Below are positions 10,523-20,415 of a stretch of 63,473 bases of DNA, in pieces. Source of the DNA: an uncultured archaeon (GTDB taxonomy: Archaea > Asgardarchaeota > Heimdallarchaeia > Heimdallarchaeales > Kariarchaeaceae); contig CAZYCQ010000013.1 in NCBI GenBank assembly GCA_964645535.1, forward strand, positions 1 through 63,473, in the 5' to 3' direction. A program made the translations under genes and the position numbers. The notes beneath the pieces were generated by a model that did no database searches, had not been told where the DNA came from, and saw only the letters and a program-made list of their open reading frames with translations. How positions within the stretch are numbered: the first letter of the stretch is position 1; every line of letters starts with the position of its first letter.

Positions 10523-11458
10523 TTAGTCCTTTTCTTCCTTGAGAAGTCCATGATTGATAAGCATCTTGAATTCTTCGAAACCGAGCCTTTCGCCAGCCTC
10601 GTACTTTTCTTTGACAAGAGTTGCCTTGAGCTTGTTTTCTTCCTCGATTTTCTTCTTGAGGTCTTGCTGTTCCTTCTTCTTTTCCTTGCTTGTCTTTTCT
10701 CCAAGTTCCTTGCGGATGGCATCGGCTTCTTTGGTGACCCTATTGATTTCTGCCCTGATTTCACGGATCTTGTCGTACATTTCTTGGACAAGCTTGTGTT
10801 GTTCATCTGCCAGCGCTTTGTATTCATTGGATTCCTTAAGCAATTGGATCATGCGGTCGTGATGTTCTTGGGATTTTTCAGCCAACTTGGTCACTTTCTT
10901 ATGATGAGCCCTTGCATTGTTTCTGTGCATCTTCAATCTTTGTTGGATGGCTCTCATCTCCCCTTTCAATTCCGTGGCGCTTGTCAATGTTTCAAGCTTG
11001 GCGTACAGATCCTCCAGTTCCTTGATATATTCTCTTTCCTCTTCGACAGTGAGATCTGGTTTTGTCTCCATTTCCAGCTCAAGCTTGTTGATCCGTTCCA
11101 TGATCCTTTTTGTCTGTCCTCTTCCACCTTTTCGAGGTGAAATTCCCTTTTCTTCCATTTCCTTTTCCAAGGCTTCCAGTTCAGCAAGTGCCTTCTGTGC
11201 ATCTTCCTTGCTCATATCACGCAAGGCCTTTTCCAATTTTACTTCTTCGTTAATCTTGTCCCTTTCTTCTCGTTCTTTTTGGGCCGCAAAAAATGCCTCT
11301 CTAGCCTTGGTATTGTATTCCGTTCGTTTCTCACGGTATTCGGCACGCTTAGCTTCATATTCTCTTACTTCGTTGATCAACGCCTTGCGTTTTTCTCTCA
11401 ATTCATTGAGCAGTGTTCTTCCTTTCTTGATATCCGTTGTGGCTGACAAAATATTCAC
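10523..11458 (-). CDS. Archaeal coiled-coil protein (COG1340-like)
   Basis: E/K/R-rich heptads, LELEMET..LTVEEE, HHKKVTKLAEKSQEHHDRM, GERLGFEEF tail. Confidence 0.8.
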   Translation of the reverse strand: MNILSATTDIKKGRTLLNELREKRKALINEVREYEAKRAEYREKRTEYNTKAREAFFAAQKEREERDKINEEVKLEKALRDMSKEDAQKALAELEALEKEMEEKGISPRKGGRGQTKRIMERINKLELEMETKPDLTVEEEREYIKELEDLYAKLETLTSATELKGEMRAIQQRLKMHRNNARAHHKKVTKLAEKSQEHHDRMIQLLKESNEYKALADEQHKLVQEMYDKIREIRAEINRVTKEADAIRKELGEKTSKEKKKEQQDLKKKIEEENKLKATLVKEKYEAGERLGFEEFKMLINHGLLKEEKD

Positions 11459-11470
11459 CCTTCAAAAGCC

Positions 11471-11544
11471 ATGTGTGTCGGTGTCATATCGGCATTCAGG
11501 ATAGTAAGAGTCAAACATTCGCCATGCCGAGATGAAACCCACAT
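11471..11544 (-). other. Putative structured leader RNA (long interrupted hairpin)
   Basis: Nested inverted repeats atgtg/cacat, ggtgtcat/atgaaacc and tcggcat/atgccga between a TATA-like box (about 11570-11579, minus strand) and the 11458 start. Confidence 0.45.
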
Positions 11545-11640
11545 ACTATAATCGAGTATTTAATGGCTTAATATAAATAAGTCGATATAAAACAGATTGA
11601 ACCATGAGATTTCATGAAAACTTTAGATTTGGTCAGCAAA

Positions 11641-12771
11641 TTAGAAAAGATCTCTTTTTTCCCACGTCACGCCAAGATCTTCCCGCCCGAAATGACCGTA
11701 GGTTGCTGTGGGACGATAGATAGGTCTTTTGAGATCCAACTCCTGAATGATCAATCCAGGTCTCAAATCGAATTCCCTCAATACCTTCTTTTCGATTTCC
11801 TCGTCAGGGATTGTGCCAGTTCCTCTTGTATCCACAAAAAATGAGAATGGTTCTGGAACGCCTATTGAATAGGCTATCTGTACATTGACTTCGGTAGCAT
11901 ATCCTGCATCCACAATGTTCTTTGCAATATATCTCGCTGCATATGAGGCTGACCTGTCGACTTTAGAGGGATCCTTCCCTGAAAACGCTCCTCCTCCGTG
12001 ATATCCTGCTCCTCCATAGGTATCAACTATGATTTTCCTTCCTGTCAGTCCTGCATCTCCATGAGGACCTCCAATGACGAATTTTCCGGTTCCATTCACT
12101 ATGATTTCCGTCTTGTCAGAAAAGTACTCTCCAAGAACTGGCTTGATTAGATGTTCAATCAGATCTTCCCTTATCTTTTCCAATCCGACGTCTTCTGCAT
12201 GTTGGGCGGCAACCACCACCTTGGTGGCTTCTACCGGTCTGCCATCAACATACTTCAATGCAACCTGTGCCTTGCCATCGGGTCTCAAGTATTCAATTTT
12301 CTTTGATTTCCGTAGATCTGCAAGTCCTTTGGTCAATCCATGGGCTAAAGTGATGGGCAACGGCATCAGGGTTTCCGTGTGATCAATCGCATAACCGAAC
12401 ATGATCCCTTGATCTCCTGCCCCTTGTTCTTCAGGAGAGCCTCTTACAACTCCTTGGGCAATATCGACGGATTGTTCATGAATCACATTCAATACGGTGA
12501 TGTCTTTGTAATAAAACCCCATGTCTGGATGCACGTATCCTATTTCCTTTGCGACATTCCTTGCCAGTTGGGTCAGGTTGACATATGTATCTGTTGCAAT
12601 CTCCCCTCCTATCAGAACCATACCGGTTGTGACAAAGGTTTCGCATGCAACTCTTGAATTGGGGTCTTCCTTGATCATGGCATCCAAGACGGCATCAGAG
12701 ATCTGGTCTGCAATTTTGTCGGGGTGTCCTTCCGTAACGGATTCTGAACTGAATATGAGTTTACGAGACAT
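11641..12771 (-). CDS. metK: S-adenosylmethionine synthetase, bacterial/eukaryotic type
   Basis: [53 protein letters not shown]. Confidence 0.97.
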   Translation of the reverse strand: MSRKLIFSSESVTEGHPDKIADQISDAVLDAMIKEDPNSRVACETFVTTGMVLIGGEIATDTYVNLTQLARNVAKEIGYVHPDMGFYYKDITVLNVIHEQSVDIAQGVVRGSPEEQGAGDQGIMFGYAIDHTETLMPLPITLAHGLTKGLADLRKSKKIEYLRPDGKAQVALKYVDGRPVEATKVVVAAQHAEDVGLEKIREDLIEHLIKPVLGEYFSDKTEIIVNGTGKFVIGGPHGDAGLTGRKIIVDTYGGAGYHGGGAFSGKDPSKVDRSASYAARYIAKNIVDAGYATEVNVQIAYSIGVPEPFSFFVDTRGTGTIPDEEIEKKVLREFDLRPGLIIQELDLKRPIYRPTATYGHFGREDLGVTWEKRDLF

Positions 12772-12949
12772 GTTATGACCAAGAGTCATTTCTTTTGTTT
12801 TTATTGCTTATGCTAAAGGTGGTTGACTCTTTTGCTGTTTTTTCCAGTCACTTCACTTTCATTCCGATCATGGTTCATTTGTTCCTTATTAAAAGAAAAG
12901 ATCTTGTGAACAGATAGATTTTTGTATTAAGAGTTTCTCTCAGAACTTA

Positions 12950-14113
12950 ATGAATAAAAATTGGATTGTTTTATTCATTCTTTTAACAGCTCCTTTTTGG
13001 ACAGTGCAAGGTGAGGTGGATTATTCCTCTTTTGTCAACCAACAATTTGATTCATCATCACCATTCAACATGAAAATAATAGAGAATCCGAAGATAGATC
13101 CAAATTCAGATCAAATCATCAATCTCTTGGCTACCAACCAAGCTGGTGAAAGCGGTTTCATCATTGGTGTCGAAGGTTGGACATACCCAATTTATTTCCC
13201 TGATGCCAATACTCCTACATATGATGTCCCTCTTACTGAGCAGTACAGCGATAATGATACCCTATTTAATGTTCCAATTCCTGATGGTGCTACACCAGAT
13301 CCTCAGGATGATGGACATTTGGTGATCATCGATCTTCAGAATAGGGTGGAATATGATCTTTGGCAGGCAAGAAAAGTAGGTGATGGATGGGAAGCAAGTT
13401 GGGGCAATTCAATTTCTTTGGACAGTGATGGCATTTACAAGTATGGTTTCTCTGCAAGAGGTTCCGGATTTGCAGCTTCCTTGGGATTGGTCTGGCCGGA
13501 AGAAATCTCAAACGGTGCCATTGAACATGCCTTGTTCTTCTCGATCGATGATTTTGCAGTCAAAGGTGGCGGTCCAGTGCGTCCTGCAACCGAAAGTGAT
13601 GGTGTTTCAGATGAACAATATGCGTTACCCGAAGGTGGAAGGATTCAGCTTGACCCGACATTGGATTTGGATTCCCTAGGCCTCACAGCGGCTGAAAAGG
13701 TGATCGCCAAAGCTATGCAGGAATATGGGATGATACTAGGTGATCGTGGTGGTGGCATCCAATTGTATGCTGCAAGACCAAACAACTACGATTGGGGAAC
13801 CACTTTTGGAGATGTCGATCCTGTGGATGGTTTCGCCGAACTATTCGATGGAAAGATTTCAATAAAGCAATTCCGTGTTCTTCAACTAGGGTGCCAATTT
13901 GAATCTCCTATCCAACCGGGTCAAAAACTTCCTGAATATAGGATGTATGCACAAGATGACGAGGTTGTCAATGACTGTGGGGACTTGGGAACGCCTACTG
14001 GCTATGCCGATGAAGGAGGAAGTTTTGAAATCAATTTCAGCTTTGAGCTTGCGTTTTTCGGCATTCTTGTTGCTTTTCCTTTGATAAGAAAATTGAAGAA
14101 GAATAAGGTTTGA
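12950..14113 (+). CDS. Secreted/surface protein with C-terminal membrane anchor
   Basis: N-terminal signal peptide, acidic body (DGHLVIID, YDLWQA, ARGSG, IEHAL), hydrophobic then basic tail. Confidence 0.75.
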   Translation: MNKNWIVLFILLTAPFWTVQGEVDYSSFVNQQFDSSSPFNMKIIENPKIDPNSDQIINLLATNQAGESGFIIGVEGWTYPIYFPDANTPTYDVPLTEQYSDNDTLFNVPIPDGATPDPQDDGHLVIIDLQNRVEYDLWQARKVGDGWEASWGNSISLDSDGIYKYGFSARGSGFAASLGLVWPEEISNGAIEHALFFSIDDFAVKGGGPVRPATESDGVSDEQYALPEGGRIQLDPTLDLDSLGLTAAEKVIAKAMQEYGMILGDRGGGIQLYAARPNNYDWGTTFGDVDPVDGFAELFDGKISIKQFRVLQLGCQFESPIQPGQKLPEYRMYAQDDEVVNDCGDLGTPTGYADEGGSFEINFSFELAFFGILVAFPLIRKLKKNKV

Positions 14114-14117
14114 AAGG

Positions 14118-15428
14118 TCACGGGCTGACTCTATTGAGTAGTCTTGGATAAAGTGTTGCCTCGCGTATATGGTCCAATCCAAGTATCCATTGAACAAAAC
14201 GTTCCAGACCAAGTCCAAAACCACTATGAGGAACTGATCCATACTTTCTCAGATCCATGTACCAATAATATTCATCAGGATTGAGGGGAGGATCCATTTT
14301 TGCCATTCTGTCAAGCATGCTGTCAATGTCGGTTTCCCTCTCTCCTGAACCAATTACCTCACCTAGTCCCGGAAAAATGAAATCTGCCGAGTTTGTTACC
14401 TCTGGATTTTCATCATTGATTTTATGGTAAAATGGCTTCATATGCGTCGGGAATTGACAGAGGATAATCGGGACGCCAAAATGCGCTACAAGTTCCCGTT
14501 CCGGTGCATCGGAAATGTCCTCTCCGTATTCGATATGGATGCCTTTCTCTTTCAGGATTTCTAGGGCTTCCTTATAGGTTACACGTGGAAATGGTTTCTT
14601 GGGAATTTCCAGATCCCGTTCAAAGAGATCCAGAATTTCCTGATCATTCTCCTTCAACTTGGTTAGCACATAGATGATATAATCTTCCAGATAGTCTAGC
14701 AACCCTTCAAAGTCCATGAATGCATATTCTCCCTCGACATGGGTATATTCAGTCAGATGCCTTCTTGTCCGGCTTTTTTCAGCCCGGTACGAGGGTAAGA
14801 CACAAAATACATCCCTCAATGAAAAGATGGCTGTTTCCAAGTAGAGCTGTGAGGATTGGGTCAAATACGCCTTTCTATCAAAATATTGGATCTCAAATAG
14901 TTCAGCTCCTCCTTCTGCTTGAGCTTCAACAATGGTCGGTGGCGTTACCTCAACCGCTCCTCTCTGATTAAAGAATTCCCTGCTATATTGCAGAACTTTT
15001 GCCCGTATTCGGAGGATGGATGAGGTTTTGGGTCCCCTGATCAAAATATGCCTCTTGTTAAGTTTGACATCAGGTCCTGCATCCGGTGGAACAAGCTGAT
15101 CATATTCCTCTCTTGAAGGGTGAATGATTTCAACCTCTGTCACCGCCATCTCAAACCCATACTTGGCTCGCTTGTCCTCCTTAAGAAGTCCTTTGGCAAT
15201 TATTGATGCCCCTCGGTACAGGCTGGCTACCTCTTCAAAGTCTGGTGAGGTAAGACTGTTCTTTTTGATGGTCAGCTGCAAGGTTCTATGGGTAGTTCCG
15301 TCAAAAAATTCAATGAATAGAATTTTTCCCTGCTTCCTGATCTGCCATACCCAACCGGCAACCCGAATCTCCTCTCCAACATGACCGGCTAGGTCTACGA
15401 CTTTGACCAAATTCTCCAAGTTCTTCAT
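14118..15428 (-). CDS. asnS: Asparagine--tRNA ligase
   Basis: N-terminal OB fold, AYLTQSSQLYLE, YRAEKSRTRRHLTEY, PHSGFGLGLER. Confidence 0.92.
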   Translation of the reverse strand: MKNLENLVKVVDLAGHVGEEIRVAGWVWQIRKQGKILFIEFFDGTTHRTLQLTIKKNSLTSPDFEEVASLYRGASIIAKGLLKEDKRAKYGFEMAVTEVEIIHPSREEYDQLVPPDAGPDVKLNKRHILIRGPKTSSILRIRAKVLQYSREFFNQRGAVEVTPPTIVEAQAEGGAELFEIQYFDRKAYLTQSSQLYLETAIFSLRDVFCVLPSYRAEKSRTRRHLTEYTHVEGEYAFMDFEGLLDYLEDYIIYVLTKLKENDQEILDLFERDLEIPKKPFPRVTYKEALEILKEKGIHIEYGEDISDAPERELVAHFGVPIILCQFPTHMKPFYHKINDENPEVTNSADFIFPGLGEVIGSGERETDIDSMLDRMAKMDPPLNPDEYYWYMDLRKYGSVPHSGFGLGLERFVQWILGLDHIREATLYPRLLNRVSP

Positions 15429-15501
15429 GCTCTTTCAAAACTGCCTGAATTTTGTTTATCTATTAATATGTCGATAATTATTCTTTGAACCCCAAGGAAA
15501 A

Positions 15502-15789
15502 CTATGATGCAGGTTCTTGAACTTCAATCTTTTCCAGCTCATCCACGTCCCAAACTTCTGGAGGAGGTGTGACGATGAGTGTAAATCCAATCCAGGCCAT
15601 AATGGCCAGAACACCTAGTGTCATTACCAGCACTGGAATTGCAAGAGCCCAATAAACTGCGGTCTGTGTGAACGCAAGGGCTTGGTCGGTCGACCCTAGG
15701 GGTACGATCAGAGCGTAGTAGATTTCCGCACCAATTCCGATAAGGCTGGCAAACGCAAGGATAAACCCGATGACTTTGTCATTAACCAT
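15502..15789 (-). CDS. Small two-TM membrane protein, DPM2/PIG-P-like
   Basis: MVNDKVIG-TM-...YWALAIP-TM-WIGFTLIVTPPP; ATG at 15789 lies about 25 nt below a TATA-like tatttatg. Confidence 0.6.
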   Translation of the reverse strand: MVNDKVIGFILAFASLIGIGAEIYYALIVPLGSTDQALAFTQTAVYWALAIPVLVMTLGVLAIMAWIGFTLIVTPPPEVWDVDELEKIEVQEPAS

Positions 15790-15866
15790 ATTTTGAGATT
15801 TTTTGCTTTGCATAAATAGGTTACTTTGCGGATTGAATTTTTTCACAAGCAATCGGATAATCCATG

Positions 15867-17765
15867 TCAATTGTGCTGAGTTTCCAAATTGGCTAGTGTC
15901 ACTTGATTGCTCACCAGCTTGAAGTAATGACCCTGCTTCTCAATCAATTCTTCATGGGTTCCCTCTTCCACTATCCTTCCATGGTCGATAACAATGATCT
16001 TGTCAGCATCCCTTACGGTGGAAAGCCGATGGGCAATCACGAAAGCAGTCCTTCCCTTAAGGATCTCCTTCATAGAACGTTGGATCTTCATTTCAGTGAA
16101 AACATCTATGTTTGAGGTAGCCTCATCAAGTATGATGATTCTAGGATCTGCAAGCAGAACTGCCGCAAAAACAATGAGTTGTCTTTGACCGATTGAAAGC
16201 CTTCCTCCTCTCTCCTGCAAGGGGGTGTCCAAACCATTCTCCATCTGCTCGACAAACTCTCGCATCCCAACAAGTTCCAAAGCTTTCCACATCTCCTCCT
16301 CACTTGCTCGTGGATTTCCCAGTTTGAGATTTTCACGAATGCTGGTGGAGAAAAGAAAGAAATCCTGTGGAATGGCAACCACTTGTTCTCGAATTGACGG
16401 AAGAGAATAATGGAGGACATTGTAATTATCCAACAAAAGCTCTCCTTTTTTGATAGGATACAGTCTAGAGAGGATGTTGATGATTGTTGTCTTTCCTGCC
16501 CCTGTTTGGCCGACAATAGCTACTTTTTGCCCTGCTTCCACCTTGAGATTGAAATCCTCATAAACCGGTTGATCTTCCAGATACTCAAATGTTATGTCAT
16601 TGAATGTGACATTGCCTCGAATATGCGGAAGCTGTGGTGCATTAAGATTCCACGGAACCTTTGTTGGGGTCTCCAACAGTGCCTTTACCCGTTCGGCACC
16701 CGTCAATGCATCTTGGAGCTGTTCGTAAAAGTTTCCAAGTATGACAACTGGTCTGAACAGGATTGAATTATAATTGATATAGGCTATTAGGACTCCTAGG
16801 GTAATTGCTCCAGAAATCACACGGAGCCCTCCCACAAAAAAGAGAGTGGCTACAGCTATGCTGGAGAAATACATCATGGATGGAAAGAAAACTGCATTTA
16901 CATCAACCGCCCTGAGTTGAGCCCTTCTTCGTTCATCATTGATTGCCCTGAATATCTCAATATTGACATCCTCCCTGCTTAATCCCTTGGTCACCTTGAT
17001 CCCTGCAATGGATTCGGCAAGGGAGGCCATGAGGATGGAATTCCTTCTTCTAGCCTCCTTTCGTCTTGGACGGGAGTAATGTCTTGCCCTTCTTCCAAGG
17101 AAGAAAACAGGCACCATCATCATCAGGGAAACCAAGGCAAGCTGTGGATCCAACTGGAAGACGATTGTCAGAACTGCAATGATCGTAATGATATTTACCA
17201 CATTCTGAACCACAGAACCACCAATGAATTCCCAAACTGCCGCCACATCGGATGTTACCCTACTCATTATCCTTCCGACTTCATTCTTGTCGTGATAGGT
17301 CATGTCCAGTTCCTGTAGGTGAACAAAAAGGTCATACCTCAATTGATTAGTGGCTTTGAGACCTACACTGCCAATAAGGGATCGTTGCTTATATGTGGTA
17401 AGGAAAACCATCAACTGTGTGAACAGATATGAAAAGGCAAGAAGCCCAACTTGGAACCAAAGCTTATCGATTGTTGGAAAGAGATTTTCCAGAAAACTGA
17501 TGGCTGGTTCTGCAAGGTATCTGTCAGCAATTGACCATCCGAACAGCGTTTCTATTGGTTCACCTTTGAATGTGTCCACTGCTCGAAGAATAAGCAGGGG
17601 GGCGACGACAGTAAACGCGGAATAGAGAATCATGTAGAAAATGGTCACCAAAATTTCCCGTCTGTAAGGTTTGGCGTAATCAAACATGAACTTGTAAAGT
17701 TCTTGATCGGAATACCCAAAATGTCCCTTCGGGAGTTCTTTCTCTGCATCACTATGAATGCTCAT
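15867..17765 (-). CDS. ABC exporter, fused permease/ATPase subunit
   Basis: TMD plus Walker A GQTGAGKT, LSIGQRQ, ILDEATS, IAHRLST. Confidence 0.95.
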   Translation of the reverse strand: MSIHSDAEKELPKGHFGYSDQELYKFMFDYAKPYRREILVTIFYMILYSAFTVVAPLLILRAVDTFKGEPIETLFGWSIADRYLAEPAISFLENLFPTIDKLWFQVGLLAFSYLFTQLMVFLTTYKQRSLIGSVGLKATNQLRYDLFVHLQELDMTYHDKNEVGRIMSRVTSDVAAVWEFIGGSVVQNVVNIITIIAVLTIVFQLDPQLALVSLMMMVPVFFLGRRARHYSRPRRKEARRRNSILMASLAESIAGIKVTKGLSREDVNIEIFRAINDERRRAQLRAVDVNAVFFPSMMYFSSIAVATLFFVGGLRVISGAITLGVLIAYINYNSILFRPVVILGNFYEQLQDALTGAERVKALLETPTKVPWNLNAPQLPHIRGNVTFNDITFEYLEDQPVYEDFNLKVEAGQKVAIVGQTGAGKTTIINILSRLYPIKKGELLLDNYNVLHYSLPSIREQVVAIPQDFFLFSTSIRENLKLGNPRASEEEMWKALELVGMREFVEQMENGLDTPLQERGGRLSIGQRQLIVFAAVLLADPRIIILDEATSNIDVFTEMKIQRSMKEILKGRTAFVIAHRLSTVRDADKIIVIDHGRIVEEGTHEELIEKQGHYFKLVSNQVTLANLETQHN

Positions 17766-19606
17766 TTTCTGTCCTCCTTTTCTGTTGCAGCTTGATCCCT
17801 TTCCTTCAATATTGAAACCGCTTTTCTAAGGCTTTCAATTTGCTCCTTTTCATTATCTTCAATGAGAACCAGATCCTCGACCTGACTTTCAACTGCTGCA
17901 ATGAATTCTCTGTAAAGTCCTGGCCTTGAGATGAGTTGCGAATGTGTTCCATCTTGGATAATTTTGCCATGGTCAAGTACAAGAATGCGGTTTACATATT
18001 TGAGACTTGAAGGTCTCTGTGAAATTATGATCATGGTCTTCGTTCCAAGTTGTTCGCTGATATTCCTTTGGAGCACTGCTTCCGTCTCAGGATCGACTGC
18101 CGAAACCGAATCGTCGAAAACAATTATTGGGGGATTTGCCAACAGCACTCTTGCTATTGCAAGTCTCTGTCTTTGACCTCCTGATAAAGTGACGCCTCTT
18201 TCTCCCACAATGGTGTCATATCCATCGGGGAATTCCATAATGAAATCATGGGCTTCCGCTAGCTTGGCAGCTGCAACAATCTCTTCAAAGGAGGCATCTT
18301 TCTTTCCGAAGGCGATATTGTCCCTGATTGAAAGGGTAAACAGGAAATTATCTTGATGGACGATCCCTACTAAATCCCGAACTGATTTGAGTGTGTAATT
18401 CCGAATGTCTTTGTTCCCAATTAATACCCGACCCTTTTGCGGATCAAAGAAACGAGGGATCAAATTGACCAATGTGGATTTCCCACTGCCTGTAGGGCCA
18501 ATTAGTGCCACCCTCTCCCCCTCTTTTATCTCCAATGAAATATTTTTCAGGACATAATCTCTGCTTTTGGGATACTTGAAGTATACTTCTTCAAAGCGAA
18601 TTGAGGCATCTTCAGGATCAATGTCTTGGGCATCAGGCAATTCCTTCAGCGTTTTTTCAGCCTTGAGAACCTCTTCCAATCTCCTTGCAGACGTATTGGC
18701 GGTCTGGAGTTGAATTGCCAAGTCTCCGAGAAATCGTCCCGGCACCATTATCTGAAGTGCCAGTAGCATAAAGGCAACAAAACTTCCTGTATCTATTATC
18801 CCCAGTGTTGCAAATCCTCCTCCAACAAACAAGAGGGTGACCAATGCCAAAGAGAGAAGAAAAATCATGCCCGGTTGCAGGGTTGCTCTGACCTTTACAA
18901 CCTCCATTGAGGCATCAAGAAAATCTTGATTGACCTTATTGAAACGTTCAATTTCATCAAATTCACGTCCAAAGGATTTAACGGTCTTGATTCCTGCAAA
19001 ATTCTCCGCAAGGACTTCACTTACCCTCCCAAATTCATATTGTGCCCGGTAGAACTTCTCTGCATTCCTCTTTGTTGAGTAAATCAATACTGCAAGAATG
19101 AGTGGTACTACCGCCAAAAAAATCAACGCCAAGGTCAAGGAAACCAACAACAGGGATATGACTGCTCCGACAAACAATGAGATGGTAAGAAGCATAATCC
19201 GGTATCCCCATCCCAAAATTTGCTGCAATGCATAAACTTCCTGAATCGATCGAGCCATGATCTGTCCAATGCTTTCTTTGGAGTAAAATTCCAAATCCAG
19301 ACTCTGCAACTTGTTGAAGACATCCTGTCTGATGTCAAACTGGATTTTTTGTGAATACCTATTGTTGATTGCCCGTAAAGCCATTCCTGAGAGCCAATCA
19401 AGTGTTCCAAAGCCCAAAATCGTAAAAAACCCTATGTAAAGGAGATCTGCTCTGTTGGTTGAAATGAACCGGTCGATGCTCGTTCTGATACTCAAAGGAA
19501 CTTGAGTTTGGGCATATGCCGAGAGGAATATCAATAAATTAATTGCCAAAAATCGTTCTTTCTGCCTTTTGACATAAGGGTAAATGAATTTGAAGAATCG
19601 AACCAC
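17762..19606 (-). CDS. ABC exporter, fused permease/ATPase subunit (degenerate-site partner)
   Basis: GPTGSGKS, LSGGQRQ, Walker B VFDDSVS (E to D), switch ISQR (H to Q); heterodimeric exporter pattern. Confidence 0.95.
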   Translation of the reverse strand: MVRFFKFIYPYVKRQKERFLAINLLIFLSAYAQTQVPLSIRTSIDRFISTNRADLLYIGFFTILGFGTLDWLSGMALRAINNRYSQKIQFDIRQDVFNKLQSLDLEFYSKESIGQIMARSIQEVYALQQILGWGYRIMLLTISLFVGAVISLLLVSLTLALIFLAVVPLILAVLIYSTKRNAEKFYRAQYEFGRVSEVLAENFAGIKTVKSFGREFDEIERFNKVNQDFLDASMEVVKVRATLQPGMIFLLSLALVTLLFVGGGFATLGIIDTGSFVAFMLLALQIMVPGRFLGDLAIQLQTANTSARRLEEVLKAEKTLKELPDAQDIDPEDASIRFEEVYFKYPKSRDYVLKNISLEIKEGERVALIGPTGSGKSTLVNLIPRFFDPQKGRVLIGNKDIRNYTLKSVRDLVGIVHQDNFLFTLSIRDNIAFGKKDASFEEIVAAAKLAEAHDFIMEFPDGYDTIVGERGVTLSGGQRQRLAIARVLLANPPIIVFDDSVSAVDPETEAVLQRNISEQLGTKTMIIISQRPSSLKYVNRILVLDHGKIIQDGTHSQLISRPGLYREFIAAVESQVEDLVLIEDNEKEQIESLRKAVSILKERDQAATEKEDRK

Positions 19607-19697
19607 AGCTTTCTACCAAAAGAAGACTTTTTTCTTGATTTTAAATGGAATATGTAAAAGGCAAACTTGATTTTACAAGTAAAAATAATTTAACTGG

Positions 19698-20246
19698 TTA
19701 CACGGAATGGATTTTGATCATTTCATCAATCAACCAATCAAAAGCTTCATCAATCCCTATATTCTTCATTGCACTGGTTTCAAAGTATTTCAACGGGGAA
19801 TTTCCCAAGGTTTCCTTCAGGAGAAATGCCACTCCTTCTAGATTGGTTTCTGTCACTTTCCGTTGGTCGACCAGATCCACTTTATTTGCCAAGAGTGCAA
19901 CAGGTATCGGAAATTCTCGGGGAATTTTCACAATGTCTTCCAACCACCAAATAAGGGTTTGAATATTGATTTCCTTGGTGACATCAATAACAAGGATGCC
20001 TCCACTGATTCCAGACATGTAAGATTGTCTGATATTCCTGAACTCCGCATCTCCTGCCATGTCCCAGATGATTACCTCGGAATGAACTCCTCCCTTGTTC
20101 ACGGTCTGCTTGGAAATTTCCACCCCAATGGTTTTCATGTAATTATGTTTGAAGCCTTCATCCATGTAGACCTTCCGGATTGAAGTCTTTCCAACTCCTT
20201 GGTCTCCCAGCAGGCAAACCTTGAACGAAAAAGAACGACTGGACAT
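19698..20246 (-). CDS. Rab-like small GTPase
   Basis: FKVCLLGDQGVGKTS, TIGVE, IWDMAG, ANKVDL, ETSA; start taken at MSSRSF (20246). Confidence 0.92.
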   Translation of the reverse strand: MSSRSFSFKVCLLGDQGVGKTSIRKVYMDEGFKHNYMKTIGVEISKQTVNKGGVHSEVIIWDMAGDAEFRNIRQSYMSGISGGILVIDVTKEINIQTLIWWLEDIVKIPREFPIPVALLANKVDLVDQRKVTETNLEGVAFLLKETLGNSPLKYFETSAMKNIGIDEAFDWLIDEMIKIHSV

Positions 20247-20415
20247 TAGAACATGCCTCCTTGGTTTGGTAGAATAAAAAAAATTCCTATGAGGTTTCGA
20301 AAAAAACAACAAAATTTGAAAACTGCCTAAAATTAATAAACCATCTTTTCCAATGTAGTGTGTGGATAGTTCTGAAGACAAAACCCGCCTTTTATTGTCA
20401 CTGTTGAAAGTCAAT

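Noticed and set aside
10517-11504. Long plus-strand ORFs (10517-11140, 10917-11504)
   Set aside because: Antisense shadows of the E/K-rich coiled-coil gene; no independent motifs. The same applies to most short overlapping ORFs in the track.
11471-11544. Hairpin as a SECIS element or SAM riboswitch
   Set aside because: No in-frame TGA selenoprotein candidate noticed nearby; it lies downstream rather than upstream of metK, and I could not match a known SAM riboswitch consensus
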